From assembly GCA_013265495.1 (NCBI GenBank), contig MU058636.1:186001-250000 (forward strand): 64,000 nucleotides of DNA, in the 5' to 3' direction. The notes below the pieces were generated by a model that worked only from the letters and a program-made list of their open reading frames with translations, ran no database searches and was not told the origin of the DNA. Shown here one piece after another: positions 1 through 13,019 of this stretch. The first letter of the stretch is position 1. The number at the start of each line of letters is the position of its first letter. Origin of the DNA: Vicugna vicugna. Lineage: Eukaryota. A program made the translations under genes and the position numbers.

Positions 1-3000
1 TAGAAGTGAAAAGTGTTCTGTGGGGTGCAGCTGAAATTGAAGCAAAACTACCTGTCAGGGCTTTCGTTTTGTTTTGCACTTTCTTGTGTAGACAGTCTTG
101 AGGTGTGTAGATTTCCACTCATACTTTTTGGGCTCATGGGCATATGGAGAGAGATGCTCACTCTGTAAGTAGGAGTGGCCCTGGAGCTAGGCCCCCTGGC
201 TGGGCAGATGAACAGGACAGAGGTGGTCTTCGCTCCCTGTGGCGGGGGGAGTATCAGTTTAATCTAGAGTAATCACCTTCACGAGCCTTCTGCTCGGATG
301 CTTTAACTTGTGTGGACTTGTACAGGCTTTGGGGAACTGCCTTGTATGTGCCCTGCAGGGGTGAAGCCCACGTGAGGGCTTTCGCACCAGGTGGCAGGAA
401 TTGTCATTTATTAACCTGAACAGTCTTACACTTTTCAATTCCAGTTGTGTAGATTTAGAACTGGGAAGCTGAACAGTGGTAACCATCTTGTTTGCCTTCT
501 CGTTTTCCTTTGTCTCTCTGAAGGACTCCCATGCTCCGTGCTCCGTTTTACGCCTCTCCCAGTCAGAAAGTTGGCTATTTCCGTCTGTCACCGTGATAGC
601 GAGACTTAGGAGCTCTGTCAGATGCGGCCTGGCTTGGCGAGACAGCCCATTTAGAAACGACCCTGTCTGTTGCATGTGCTTTGTACTCGATGACGTATTC
701 CTTGCGTCCTGACTTTGATGAAATCTTTGTAAGTGCCAGTAACAAATTGTAAAGACCATCTAGGTGAAGCTGGGTGAAGCTTGTGTCTGCCTTTATGCAT
801 CCCTGTTGGTCTGTGCAAGGTTGAGCGGTCGGAGGGGTTTTGCTTCTGTTTGCATGTGGATCCCTGACTATTAATGTACAAGAGTTGATCGCTTCTCAGG
901 CTGCTACCTTCTGAAGGTGCTTTCTGTGTAGTCTTTCTTGGAGGTGGAAGTATGGACTTAAGTGACTTCTTGATCCTTCTTCGATGTCTTTTAATGAAAA
1001 AATCTGTATATAATAGAGCATAGGCCTGTGTGATTTATGGTTATTGCTTCTGAAGGCCTTTGAGGAGGACTGAAGAAAAATTCTGCAGGCTATTTTTGTG
1101 TGAAATAAGCATCAATATGTGGATAAATTACATGGTGGTAGACCTTGAGTGCACTTGTCCACAAGTGCTTCTGAAGTCTCTTAAAAGTTTAAGACGGCTT
1201 TTCAGTATAAAAATCCAATTTAGGGTAGATTGTTTTAAGCTGATATACTGGGGTTGAGTTTTGCTGTTATGTTCTGACACTTTTAAAAGTTCTTGATGTT
1301 TACATAAAAAGACTTCTCATGTGACTTAGCTGCTGTTTTTAAGGAGAACTTAGGCATTTTGTTAGGAATTCCTACTTTCTAGCTTTTAGTGTAGGTTTGG
1401 ATATTTAAGGTGTAGTGCTAAATAGGAAACTTAAGTATCTCATTTTAGTTCCTTGTGATTTTGTGGTTTTGTTGTATTTAATAACCAAAGGAGCATTCCC
1501 CATTAAATCAGTAAGAGTAAAAATTTTCAAATTGGGGAAAAGGCATTTTTTAAATGACAAATTATTATTTTAAAAATATGACTTAGGAATAACCATGCTA
1601 ATTACATTAGATACTTTGAGTGATCATTGAAAATTATAAAAAAAAAATTAGCACTTTAGTTCTTTTCCTGTGAATGCAGTTATACTTTTGAGAAAGTAGA
1701 ATTTATTCTGGAAAATATGAATTACAGTGCTAAACTTGATTTTCTTGTGTGTGAATATATTATACAGTAACTTTTGTAAAATGTTACTCTACATGAAGAT
1801 TTCACTTTGGGCGATCACTGGGGTGTGTTACTACTAACTTGGGTTTATTTATGGAACTAAGAGCCTCTCCTTGAATGACTAATGACTATTCAGATTCTGA
1901 AACAGACTTCTTGAATTGTTTACGTAGCCTTTGCCCGAAGGATGTAGATTCTGCTTTCTATTAGTGAAACTAATTTATATGGTGGCCAGAGTGTAATATA
2001 TGCTAACACTTTGGCATGGGAGATATTTATCATGAGTTTTTACTATTAAAAAATGTTATACATTTGCCTACTAGTTTTATAAATGATGTTGCCTTCAGAA
2101 TTTGTGTGAAGGCACAAAATTCAAGATACCACGTACCTGTTGTGCAATGGAAAGTCTTGTCGTCGTCAGAGTTCTTGGTTACCTGCACCCTGAATATTGA
2201 TGGTTAGAGTTGCTCTTAAAAGCAGACCCGCAGACAACAAAAAGCACGCTATTTGAGTGACTCTTCCGACCTGTAGGGCTGAGGGCTGTGGTGTGCATTA
2301 TTCTCTAGGGTCTTCCACCAGCAGTGCCTCCTATGAACATGTGACACTTGAGTCTCTCAATGTTAAAGAAACTGGACGTGTGTTTTCTACATATTATTTT
2401 TGTTAGAATTAAAAAGGTAATAGTTTAGTTTCTTTTTCCTATAGTAACATTTTACAAAAGAGCTGCTAGGGAGGTATTTTATTCTCAAATTTATCTCAAA
2501 CTGGATGTAAAAATTTAAATCCTTTTTTAATTTATTTCTTCATAGTCGTGTAAGAACTGTGGCTACTGTTAGTCCTTGTATTTTCTGGGTAGAAGCTGTT
2601 TGGAAAGTCCAGTTTCTGTTCCAGTGCAAAATGTAGTTCCTCAGTTTCTCTCCTTTTCTTTTCCTTTTCATGCTTTATAATTTTACACTACCTTTTGAAT
2701 ATACAAACCTCATTCTTCATTGAACAACTTGAAGGCTTTGATTTCTTTGAAAAGATTCAGTACCCATCTGTGTATTACTTTGGCAGTTCCCTCAACTTTG
2801 AGATGCACTGATCACTGTGCTTGAAAAAGACAAGACTGAAGATTGTACTATGAAATTTATCAAATAATTTTCATAAATTATTTATCAAATGAGAGATTTT
2901 TAGATTTTTGTATTCTGCTTAGTTTAAAAAAAAAAGTAGTTAAAAAGAGAGGCTAGTAAGTTTGATACTATTCTTGCCAAACAAACAGCCAAAATCTTTG

Positions 3001-3305
3001 AAGTAACAAATGGGAAAAGGATGATTAATCGTTCTGCATCTGAGTACATTTTCCAAAATGTTGGAAAGAAACTTCTGAATTGAAATCTTGAATGTATTGA
3101 CTCTGTCGAGGTACACAGCGGTGCCTTTGTAAATGTTCATTATCCATCCTTTTTAATCAGGTGATAAGTGGTGTAACGTAGCAGAGCTTAACGGTAGAAC
3201 TCAGTTATCACTTTCTGTGAACAAGTTGGAATTGTCATGTTACTGTGTAATTGATTTGCTTTAAAATGAACAATAAATTTAATAAAATGCAACATTGTCC
3301 TGTTT
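1..3305 (+). other. NUP58: Probable alternative 3' UTR of the short NUP58 isoform (Nup45), by read-through into the intron
   Basis: TE-free, UTR-like intronic sequence ending in tandem AATAAA hexamers before the 3865 exon. p45 is known to be a C-terminally shorter splice form of p58. The upstream exon and stop codon lie outside the window. Confidence 0.65.
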
Positions 3306-3330
3306 CTTATCTATTTATTGTATATATCAT
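3246..3330 (+). terminator. NUP58: Intronic (proximal) polyadenylation signal in NUP58
   Basis: TGTA 3246-3249, AATAAA 3272-3277 and 3281-3286, followed by a T/GT-rich downstream element (tgtcctgtttcttatctatttattg). Confidence 0.7.
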
Positions 3331-3864
3331 TTATATTTCTTATAAAAAATCATGCCTAGTTTTTGGTACTTATGAAGTAACATGATGGTTTTGCATGTTA
3401 GTGTCAGTCTCTTTTGATCAATTGAGACTTGACTCTAACAGTAAGGAGCTTATTCTAAAAAGAAAAAAAGTAAAAACCTTACTGATTACACCAACCAATT
3501 TTACCAAAAAACAAGTGGGGAAATCTAAAATCATTCTAGAAGTAAAACCAAAAAAGCTATAATTTACAATACATTAAAGATTTCAAATTACTTAGTAGGT
3601 TAAATTAACATTCATCTTTCAGTGCGGTAAGCCTCTTTTAATTGTCTAGTGTGAATAGGTTAATTTTTTTAAATTTAATTTTGAAGAGGTAAATCAGTTG
3701 GGACAGATAAATTAGGCTGGGGAGACATCCTATAAACTAAGTTTTAGCAAATAGAGTTTGTTAAAAGTAATCACTGTTCATTTTAAAAATAATTTCATAA
3801 AGAACCTTTAATTTTGAAAGAGTAAGGCAAATTTGTTTCTTTTCCCCCATTTTTTTTATACCAG

Positions 3865-3963
3865 GGCCACAGCCATCTCTGGGAGTTAGTTTTGGAGCAC
3901 CATTCGGGTCAGGTATTGGCACTGGCCTGCAGTCAAGTGGCCTAGGTTCTTCAAACCTTGGAG
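3865..3963 (+). CDS. NUP58: NUP58 (nucleoporin p58) third-last coding exon, 99 nt, phase 1/1
   Basis: Pyrimidine tract + CCAG acceptor (3861-3864), donor G|GTACAC at 3964. Translates (G)PQPSLGVSFGAPFGSGIGTGLQSSGLGSSNLG(G), matching the C-terminal FG region of NUP58 as I recall it. Confidence 0.96.
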
Positions 3964-5545
3964 GTACACTTTAACTTTTCTCGTATTGCGTTGGACGATG
4001 ATACATTTGAATTGCTATCAGTCTGTGAAAACTTCTAAGAGGATCTGCTCTTTTGGAGGTTAAGGTTCTGTCTGGCAAAAAAGGATTCTCCAGACATAAT
4101 CAGTGCTTTCCAGGGTTAGATTTAGAACTTAAAAAATTTCATCTTCTGTGAATAGTAAATATAAAAAAGTATTAAAATTAAATTTAGGGATTTTCATATT
4201 TTCAAAACAGTATGCTAAAATATGAGCTTGAACATTACTTAGTTTTATTTAATTAAAAAAATTAGTTGAAGTCCAAACTACTTCTGGATGTATATTCTAA
4301 GCATCGTGCTTTTCTGAAAACAACGCTTTAAATGGGGAAATAATTGTGTTATAAATTGGACAGCTTGACCTCTTTCCATTCCAAAGCACTTTTGGCATAT
4401 TTGCCTTTGTGCATACTTGTGTATACATAACCAATTAAGTTTATTTTATTAGTTTTGTAAGTTAACTATAATTAGTAAGGTAAGTCTTTTGCAAAAACAT
4501 CATGATAGATAAAATGCATTCACAATTCTCTGGTGTGGATAATTAAAGGTTGACTGTATTTGACATGCATTTTCATCTGATGAATAAAGTTCCCTTATTT
4601 CCACGGGACTATATCATCATAAGACAGGAAGCCTATAAGCTATTAAGGTTATTTAATATGTTAGACTCTGCTAGGAGTTACTAGAATTACGGCAGCATAA
4701 TCCCTGTGATCTATAATCCAGTTTATTGCCATCTTTCATACTGTTACGGGCAATAATATATCAAACTCAGTATTTTAGATAATTTAAATTAAATAATTTA
4801 CTGTTGCAGAATAACTTAAAAAGAATTTGAATTGTATTTTTAGAGCGCTTGAAACCAATCTTCAATTTTCTTAGCACAATCTCTTGACTTCATACAATGA
4901 AAAAATTTTCTTTATTTAAGTTATGCCTATAGTATTGTTAGGAGAAAAAACAGGATGCTCCCCTCCCAGTTTCTCATTGTTGAGTTGCTGGGGCTGAGGC
5001 AGGAGCCGGCTCTCCCTGCAGAGATGCAGAGTGAGCGACTGGTGAGCTCGTGCACTTTTCCAGTGCTGAACGGTCGTAAGTGCAAGTGTTTTCGTAGGAA
5101 GCAGAGTAAAATTACCTTGTGGTACTCGTGTTTAAATTATTGTGCATGTCATGCTTATGAATTTAGTCACTTTTTTCCTTCAAATGAAATAGCTTTAAGT
5201 AGATATGTTTGTATCTGTTTGACTAAAATCATACTTGAATGATCAGTAAATTTTCTAGTCCATTTGGGAGAGAAGGTACTAATGTGATCTTGTTTTTTAT
5301 GGCCTTGTTCTTCAAAAATTACTAATGGGTCATAAACTTAGTGTAAATAGATAGAAATGTCTTATTTCAGAATTGGTCTGGTTCTTCCAAGAGTCCTGTG
5401 CAAAGCAGTAAACAGCAGATTTCCTTGGCAAGGCCGTGGTTTTTGCACTGTGTGTAGTAGACCTTTGGTAATTTGAGGTTTTGCTTGTCGGCATCCTTTA
5501 ACCTGTTTCACGTTCGTTGTGTATTTCTCTATCACCCTGCACTAG

Positions 5546-5641
5546 GATTTGGAGCTAGCTCTGGTTTTGGATGCAGCACCACAGGGGTCTCCACATTTGG
5601 ATTTGGAACAACAAATAAACCCTCAGGAAGTCTTAGTGCAG
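5546..5641 (+). CDS. NUP58: NUP58 penultimate coding exon, 96 nt, phase 1/1
   Basis: CTAG acceptor (5542-5545), donor G|GTTTGT at 5642. Translates (G)FGASSGFGCSTTGVSTFGFGTTNKPSGSLSA(G), in frame with both neighbouring exons. Confidence 0.96.
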
Positions 5642-6933
5642 GTTTGTGTGTGTCGGCCTGAATCCCAGGCAGATTTAAAGGTGCAAATGATTTAATTTAA
5701 AAATATAAGTATTGCTATTTTCAGTTCAAAAAATAAAAAATCCCCAGTTTACTTTCTCCCCTGGAGAAGCGTGCAGGCCTCACTCATCGTGCAGCTTGTC
5801 CCTCCGTGAGCTGGAGGTCCAGTTTGTAAGAACGTTTCTAACAACTTACCAGGTTTGGTAGAATAAATAATAACATCCTCTCTTAACTAAGTAGAGGTTA
5901 TTTTAAACCTGAAGACTAGTTCTATGTTTAAACAGTTTTCTTCATTATTACAAAAATGAACCCGTTGTGAAAGTTTTAATGCAGTTTTTATCATTATTCA
6001 TTCAAGAGAATCGTTTCTCTTTTAAAGAGGTGTTCTTTAGTTTTAAGTCCCTCTGATTTTAAGAATACTTGTCTTACAAATGATTAATTGGGTTCTTTGT
6101 TTTTGAAATAGGTATAATCTTTTGACATTTCTAGTAGAAAATTCCAAATTCTGTCTACTTCTGCATTTTTTTCTATATTTGTAAATAATGGATTGTTTTT
6201 ATGTGCAATGCTTATGGATAAATAGCATGCCTAAAATAATAATAATTTAATACTGATTAAATTTTGTTTTAATTGAGGAAATTTGAAGGAAATTCCATTT
6301 AATATTAAGTAGTGTTTAAAATCAATAGTTTCTACAGAGTAGGATAATAGAATTACAGGTATAGGGAAGATGGAGAATAGCTATCAGGGTTATGATCTAA
6401 ATGTGTTAATACAGGTTAGCTAGGCAGTCATAGTTCTTGATCTTAATTAAGCTACGTCTCTTACAAAATCAGAACAGTAGGTAATACTCTTCCATGTATT
6501 CGTTGTCCTGAAAACTGGGTTGAGGCTTTCTTGAGGACTTAGAATTGCAACGGTGGGTCCAAAGGTTGTGAAAGTCTCTCTCCTACATTTTGATAAAATG
6601 TTTCTGGAGGAGCTGAGGAGGAAGGCACCTTGGCATATTTAATTAATAGGAAAACGCCTGCCAACTTGAAGTTTTCCGTCAATTTCTGTTTTTTTGTGTC
6701 AGGTTTCTCGCTTGGCCTGGATCACTAAACTTCTGTCTGTAATGGTACCACTTAGTTGTCAGCTAAATTATTTTCCTGTCAAATTCCACGTGAGAAATTT
6801 AGGACCCTAAGATATTTGCTATTTTTATAAGTTATGTATTCTCTCAGCTAGAAATTTCCTTCTCACCCCCTTTTTTAATATTTGCTTTTGTGATTTAACT
6901 TCTGATTTGAATATTTTCTTCCCTAAACATAAG

Positions 6934-7103
6934 GCTTTGGCAGCTCAAGTACATCTGGGTTTAACTTCAGCAATCCTGGCATCACGGCGTCAGCTGGTTT
7001 GACATTTGGGGTATCCAATCCTGCCTCTGCAGGGTTTGGAACAGGAGGACAGCTCCTTCAGTTGAAGAAACCTCCAGCTGGAAACAAAAGAGGAAAAAGA
7101 TAA
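6934..7103 (+). CDS. NUP58: NUP58 last coding exon (coding part 170 nt, TAA at 7101-7103)
   Basis: TAAG acceptor ending 6933. Translates (G)FGSSSTSGFNFSNPGITASAGLTFGVSNPASAGFGTGGQLLQLKKPPAGNKRGKR*, the recognisable NUP58 C-terminus. Confidence 0.97.
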
Positions 7104-9080
7104 ACACATGGGTTGATGTATTGAGAGAATCCATAGCAGCGTCGATCATTCTATGAGTCTATTTTTCTAAAGTTGATGCAGAAATTAAACTGCATCCCAG
7201 GAAATTTATAACGTTTTGATATTTTTCATTACTTCTGGAATTTGAACTTTGTTCTTGTTTGCCATGCTAAACAACTTTTTTCTTGTGACTCTGAAACCTG
7301 GCTGTATTTTTTGTTACGTTGATCTCAGTGTAAGAAATGTTCTCATGACATCGCTGATGGGCAGAACCTGCTGCTGTGTAACCCGCTGTCACAGCAGTGC
7401 TTTTGCTGACGAGGTTTACAATTATGTGAACACACGCACACGTTTCTCACGTAGGTGGTATGAACTCTGGGGCCTGTACTGGCATCAGCTTGTTCCTGGT
7501 AAAGGCCTTTGACCTACACTGCAGGGCATCTTGTGAATATGTATGTAAACTGTATACAGGATAATACACACAGTTGTGTGTGCGTGAAAAATATATATTT
7601 ACAGACCTACAACTTTTGCCTCAGACTGTTCCCCTTCTCTAAGGGTATTTTGTTTTTCACCTTCTATGCTTCAAATCCTCAGTGCTAGTGGAGCAATCAG
7701 CTAGAGGTGCCAGGTCATTGTGGTTACTTGCTTAAAGACTTAGCGGAATGGTTACCCATGTAAATATTTGACCAGCTCAACTTCATTGCCCCCATCTCTT
7801 CCGTTTTTGTTTCCACCTTAACCTTTAGCAGCTACTCCAAGTGAGGGATGCTGTCAGACTCATCAAACAGAGTTTAACGGCTTTTATTGTCCTACACGTG
7901 CTCATACTGTCTGTGTGAGGTGCGTTTTCCTATCTGCGATGAACCTTCAGTAGCGTATCTGAGCTCCAGACTGGCGTCCTGGGGGCAGTAGCTACTGGGC
8001 CAGACTGACTCTGTGCAGGTGAAGGACGCACTGCTACTTCAGTGCAGGCTTTTCTAGCTGTGCCAGTCCAGGGTTCTTTCTCACAGGGCTCCCGATGCTG
8101 ACGCCAAGTGGAGTGGCTTATCAGCCTCCTTTATGTCTTAAGTCAGTGCTTGATTTGGAATAGAGAAACCATATATTTTAAGAAAAAAATATACTTCGTA
8201 GCAACAGTAAACTGTCCCGTTTTAACGGTGAACAGAAAGTTCCACGTAACGACACGTAGACACATCTGGTCGCATCTGTGTATTCCTTGTATCAGCATTA
8301 GTGACACAGAGCGGGTGAAGAAGAGAGCCCTTGGACAGAGAGCTGCCTTAGCCTTGATTTCAGACAGACACCATTAGGTAGACGTATTTATCTTTCAAGT
8401 ACAGTTTTCAGATGGAATGTGAACATGAATTTCATTGAAAATAGTTTAATTTTTTATATAGAAGGTTTTGTACATAATGTGCATCAAGTGAATATTTTCA
8501 GAATCATTTTCACCAAGGCACCTTTTTTTCTAAAATAGGTATTACATATATATATACACACATATATACACATATATATTTTTTAGTATAATGTTAGTTG
8601 GGTTTGATTATAAAAGTGTTGTCAAATCTGTTTTATTTATCTGCATATAGCAATGATTGGCTTTTAGAATTGAAATTTTTGCACCTTGATGCATTAAAAT
8701 AAGGAAAATGCTTTGTTTCTGAGCACTGAAGTTATTGTTATTTTTGCATACTTCTGTAACACTGCAGTCCCCAGATCCAGGTTTTGGGGAAGGGTAGGAA
8801 AACGTGGTTTTGTGTTTTGAATTAACTGTCAGAATTAAATATACAATTACAGCAGACTTTTTTTTAAAAAGGACATTGCATTGTGCTGCAAAAATCTGGA
8901 TATTTATATTTCTTGGTTTTTTTTCTTTATATATTTTACATTTTAATATGTTGACCACTGGAAATTTGTAACATCGATTTGTGATGGGAGTTTAAACGTG
9001 TTGTCACCGTCTCTGCTGTCTTCACTTTGTCCAGAGCCTGTCATTATGTAAACAATAAAATTGGTTGTGTCAGTTGCTTT
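7104..9080 (+). other. NUP58: NUP58 distal 3' UTR (p58 isoform)
   Basis: Follows the stop codon and is T-rich with no recognisable TE. Ends at AATAAA 9054-9059; TE-derived sequence starts at ~9260. Exact cleavage site is inferred. Confidence 0.8.
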
Positions 9081-9110
9081 CAATCTTTCTAGGTGTCAGC
9101 AGTTGTTCTT
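9047..9110 (+). terminator. NUP58: Distal polyadenylation signal of NUP58
   Basis: TGTA (CFIm-type) at 9047-9050, AATAAA at 9054-9059, GT/T-rich sequence downstream. Confidence 0.8.
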
Positions 9111-9259
9111 AACATGGAATTTTCTTATTACTTCTTTATTCTCTGGTTGAAAGTTTTTAGTGTTCTGTTTTCACTGATATATACTTATATCTTGCTTTTT
9201 TTTAAAAAAAAAAAAGACTGAACACAAGCTAGTAAGTTCTTTGTCACTTGCTTTTGTCT

Positions 9260-10010
9260 TCTCAAAATTACAAAAACATTTTTAATTATACAGAAGAAAA
9301 TTGAGAAAAAAGTGAAAGTCTTCAACGCCTGAGCCCTAATTCTGCTTTCCTCCCCAGGGTCTGCTCTTCGTGGTTTGGTGTGTGTCCTTTCAGGCCCATT
9401 AAAAAAACGCCTTTTTCAACGTGTGTACATATGTTCAGTCTTTTTCCCTCTGTCATTTTCTCACATTTTGTTCTCTTAGATCCTTTTTATTTTTTAACAA
9501 GTGGGTTGAAAATCTGAGTATTCTGTGACTTGCTTTTTACCCCCTCAATGACACGTCACGGAGGGGCCTCTGTGCGTGCTGCCCCATGGCAGGGTGCATG
9601 GCGACTTCTCCCAGCGCTTCCCTCTCCTCCCCAGTGTTCCACCTGTACAGGAGGCGCTGCACTGAGTGTCCTCGAACGTGGCCCTCGTGCTTAGGTTTCA
9701 CGCTTCGTTGGGACTGACTGCAGACAAGGAGTTGCTGGAGAGGTGTGCCGGTGGTCTGCTTTGATGTCACGCAGCCTTCCAGAAACACTGGGTAGACAGA
9801 CACTCCTGCAGCGTGTGTGCCGACCCCCTTCCTGCCTGCAGCCCTGACGTCACCGGTCCTTGTAACAAGTGCATGTGAGGTTGAACCTTTTAATATAGAT
9901 GTTAGCCATTTGCATGTTAATGTAATCACATGCTAATACTGTGTCCGTTTTTACGCCAGGTCACTTGGAGTTTTTTCTTAATGATCTCTGTAGCTAATGT
10001 GTGCTGATCT
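9260..10010 (-). mobile_element. Old L1M-type LINE 3' fragment, centre GC-shifted
   Basis: Residual L1ME-like motifs (ttctgtgacttgctttt, gagttgctgga, gccttccagaaa, ttagccatttg). Highly diverged. Confidence 0.5.
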
Positions 10011-11839
10011 TTTTCTTATGAGATAGGTTGGACTCCTGGAGTCGGCTGGGTTCAGACCCCTGCCTTGAACCTGTGTGATCTTTTGTCATCAGAAAAGTGA
10101 GGACAGCAAAGACAGGCAGTTGTGTGAATGACGGTCTGCGTTAAGGCACCAGGTGAACAACGCCTGGCACTTGAACGGCATCTTCCGCTCCCGCAGCAGA
10201 GCCCCAGCTGCTCTTTGTGGGGGTTCCTTTACTTTGGTTCCTGATAGGGAAGCCGCCCTATCCTCTTTTGGGGGTGGGGTTGGGTTGGGTTGGGGGCTGT
10301 TCTGGGCCCCTCACTCTTGACGATGTACCCACTTTGTCAAGTTTGATTTTTCCTAGGAAGAGTCTTACTTGGATTTTGATCAGGTTTAGACAAATATATT
10401 ATGATCCGGGGACAGCTGACAGCTTGTACGTACAGCGTGGGTTAGTATGTTTACCAGGTGTCTTATTTCAGCAGCGTTTTGCCAGTGTCCGCTAGATTCT
10501 TGGTTGTTTTCACTGGTAGCACCTTAATTTTATTTCTCAGTGAGGTTTTTAATCCTAGTTAGTACAAGGCCATTGACATTACACATGCAGATAACCTGTT
10601 CTTTTGTGATAATATAGGAGGCCTAGATGAATGTACTGCTAACCTCAGATAGTGTTTTTTACAGCGAGAGTCTGAATAGCACCTTCAGAAATGCTGTGAT
10701 GGGGGGGTGTGTGTGTGGCTCGTTTGGGTTTGGGTGGTTTATCCTGAGCTAAGCAGCGCCCCCTCCCTGTGTGCCTTCCCCAGGCGCTCCCTGGGACCGG
10801 GCCTGGCTGCATGTGCCTCCTAGAGCACACTCCACAGCGTGTCACCTAGGGGACACGGCCCCGGGGCTCAACACACAGGCCACTGTCCGGGAATCCTCGC
10901 ACAGAGCCGTAGCTCTCATTGTTGGGTATGTAGTCTGCTCTGGGTACCACACTCAGAATTTTATATACTTGACCGTGTTTAAATCTTCAGTGTCTTGAAG
11001 GAACTCAGGCTTAGGTTAAGCAATTTACTTGAGGTCACACAGCTGTTAAGTCACGGAGATGGGGTTTTTCTGTGACACAGGAGTAGCACACCCATTTTCA
11101 TGTCCATCCTCCCAGAGGATGGCAGGTGATGCGATGACGTAATTTACAGGGGAAATTGCACACACGCGACAAATTAGATCAGGGCAGGGTAAGCACGAAG
11201 GGCCTGGGCCTCGAGGGAGAATGTTGTGTCTAGGGTGTGAGGACTGACGCCCCAGCATCGGGGGTGGTCTGTCCACCTTGGAGAGGGTGAGGGGGGCAGT
11301 TTGGGCTGTTTGCATCTTAGGAACCGTGAGAAGTTTAACAAGAAAGCCTTTGTGGAAAGGCTTGCCTGACTCCTGGAACCCAAAAGAGCACCATGAGCTG
11401 GGATTAAGTGCGGCAGATCCTCTTGCTATGCAGAGACGAACCTTAGCTGGCCTAAGAAAACCATGGAAACGGGCGAGAAGCCACAGGTGCTAAGAGAGCA
11501 GCAGGTAGAGGAAAGGGTGGGGGTTACCGGAAAATGGGTCTTGGCCCAGAATGTTTTTTGCTCTTTCCCACTCATTCAGTCTAACGCACTTTTTTTTTCT
11601 TCTACCTAATCTGTTAGTTAATAAACACAGAAAAAGCCTACCGGGCTCACAAAGATAGCGGTGCTGTTGCAGAGAGCTTGTTTCTGTCATCCTCGCCCCT
11701 CTTTGAATCCCCTGGGAGCAGGTCACTAATTCAGCAAATGTTAATACTTGCTGTGCGCGAGTCACTGCCTGGAGCTCAGGACAGAAGTTTGGGCGGGGGA
11801 CGTCTGCTCAGTAACGCTGGCCAGCAGCACTGGGTGCTC

Positions 11840-12030
11840 GGTAGGGCCAGGACCTGCTCTTCGGAGCTTTCAATGTATTAACTGTTCTTCTCAGTCCTGT
11901 GAAGTGGCTACTATCATTGCTTTTTCACAAATGAGAAAAACGGCACAGAAGTTAAGTCACTTAATGGTCACTCAGCTAGTAAGTGGATGGGCCGTTAATT
12001 CAACCCCGGGCGGGTTCCTGAGTCTAGGTT
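11840..12030 (-). mobile_element. MIR SINE
   Basis: MIR core: ttttcacaaatgagaaaaacggcacagaagttaagtcacttaatggtcactcagctagtaagtgg...aattcaacccc. Confidence 0.75.
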
Positions 12031-13019
12031 TTTACCTCTCATTGTATGCGAGTAAGTATAACATGGAGGGGGCGCGCTTGTAAGTGATGGGGTAAATGTG
12101 CAAAGAAGATTCTCGAGAGCACAGAGGAGACTCTCCTGGCTTGCGGGGAGCCCAAAACTTACGGTAATAGTAGGGAGCCTGTGATTTGTGAAGTGTTCAC
12201 AGTTTGAAATTTAAAAAGTAATCATGAATGTGAACAACAAAAGGGTAAAGTTAAAAGCAACTGACTTTCTCCAGGAGTTTCCTACGTTTCCTTTCATCTT
12301 GGTTCTTGTTTTTCTTCGTTCCTTCTACCAGTTTCGTAGCCTATATGTGTACATTCTGTTTCACTAGTTCCTTTTGGTGAGTATTTAGATGGTTTCTAAT
12401 GTTTACAGTTACCTATTAGAAATAATTATAGTGGGACAGGCAAAAGTAGTAGCCAGTTTTACTGAGGTTTTATGAGAGTTTGACCATGTTCACGTGGGTA
12501 TCAGCCATCTTTCTTAATTATTTTTAAGAGCTCTTTGGATATAATCTCTATGGAAATGTTTGAAAAAATTAATTTTAAATCTTTAATCTTGGATCCATGT
12601 GACTTTTTTTAATTACATCCCCCCTATTTCACATTGTTTTAAAACATTTCTTAATATCTAAAGTATTTGTCTTATATATGGCAAATGTTTCATAGTTGAA
12701 ATCGTTTCATCTCTGGTTATGGTCACTTTTTTGTTGTTGTGTAGAACTTTTTCACTTTCTCACGTTGCCAGAATTCATTAGTGTTTTAGAAATGACTTCT
12801 GAGAAGAGGGAGAACTCAGTGGGAGAGAAAGAGAGTAAGACACGTTATACAGTCCGTGAGGTCTTGCACACTAACAGTCACGATGCTTCATGGCTGTCCG
12901 AAGACGCCTTCACCAGACTCTGCTCGGTGGTGGGGCCAGGACTGCAGCGGGAGGGGCGGGCCTGGTGGGAGAAGCCGCCGGGCACCGCGTTGCCATGGAG
13001 GCCGGCGACGTGAGCGCTG

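Noticed and set aside
259..759. 166-aa antisense ORF in the NUP58 intron/UTR
   Set aside because: No recognisable homology and a non-ATG start; a chance ORF.
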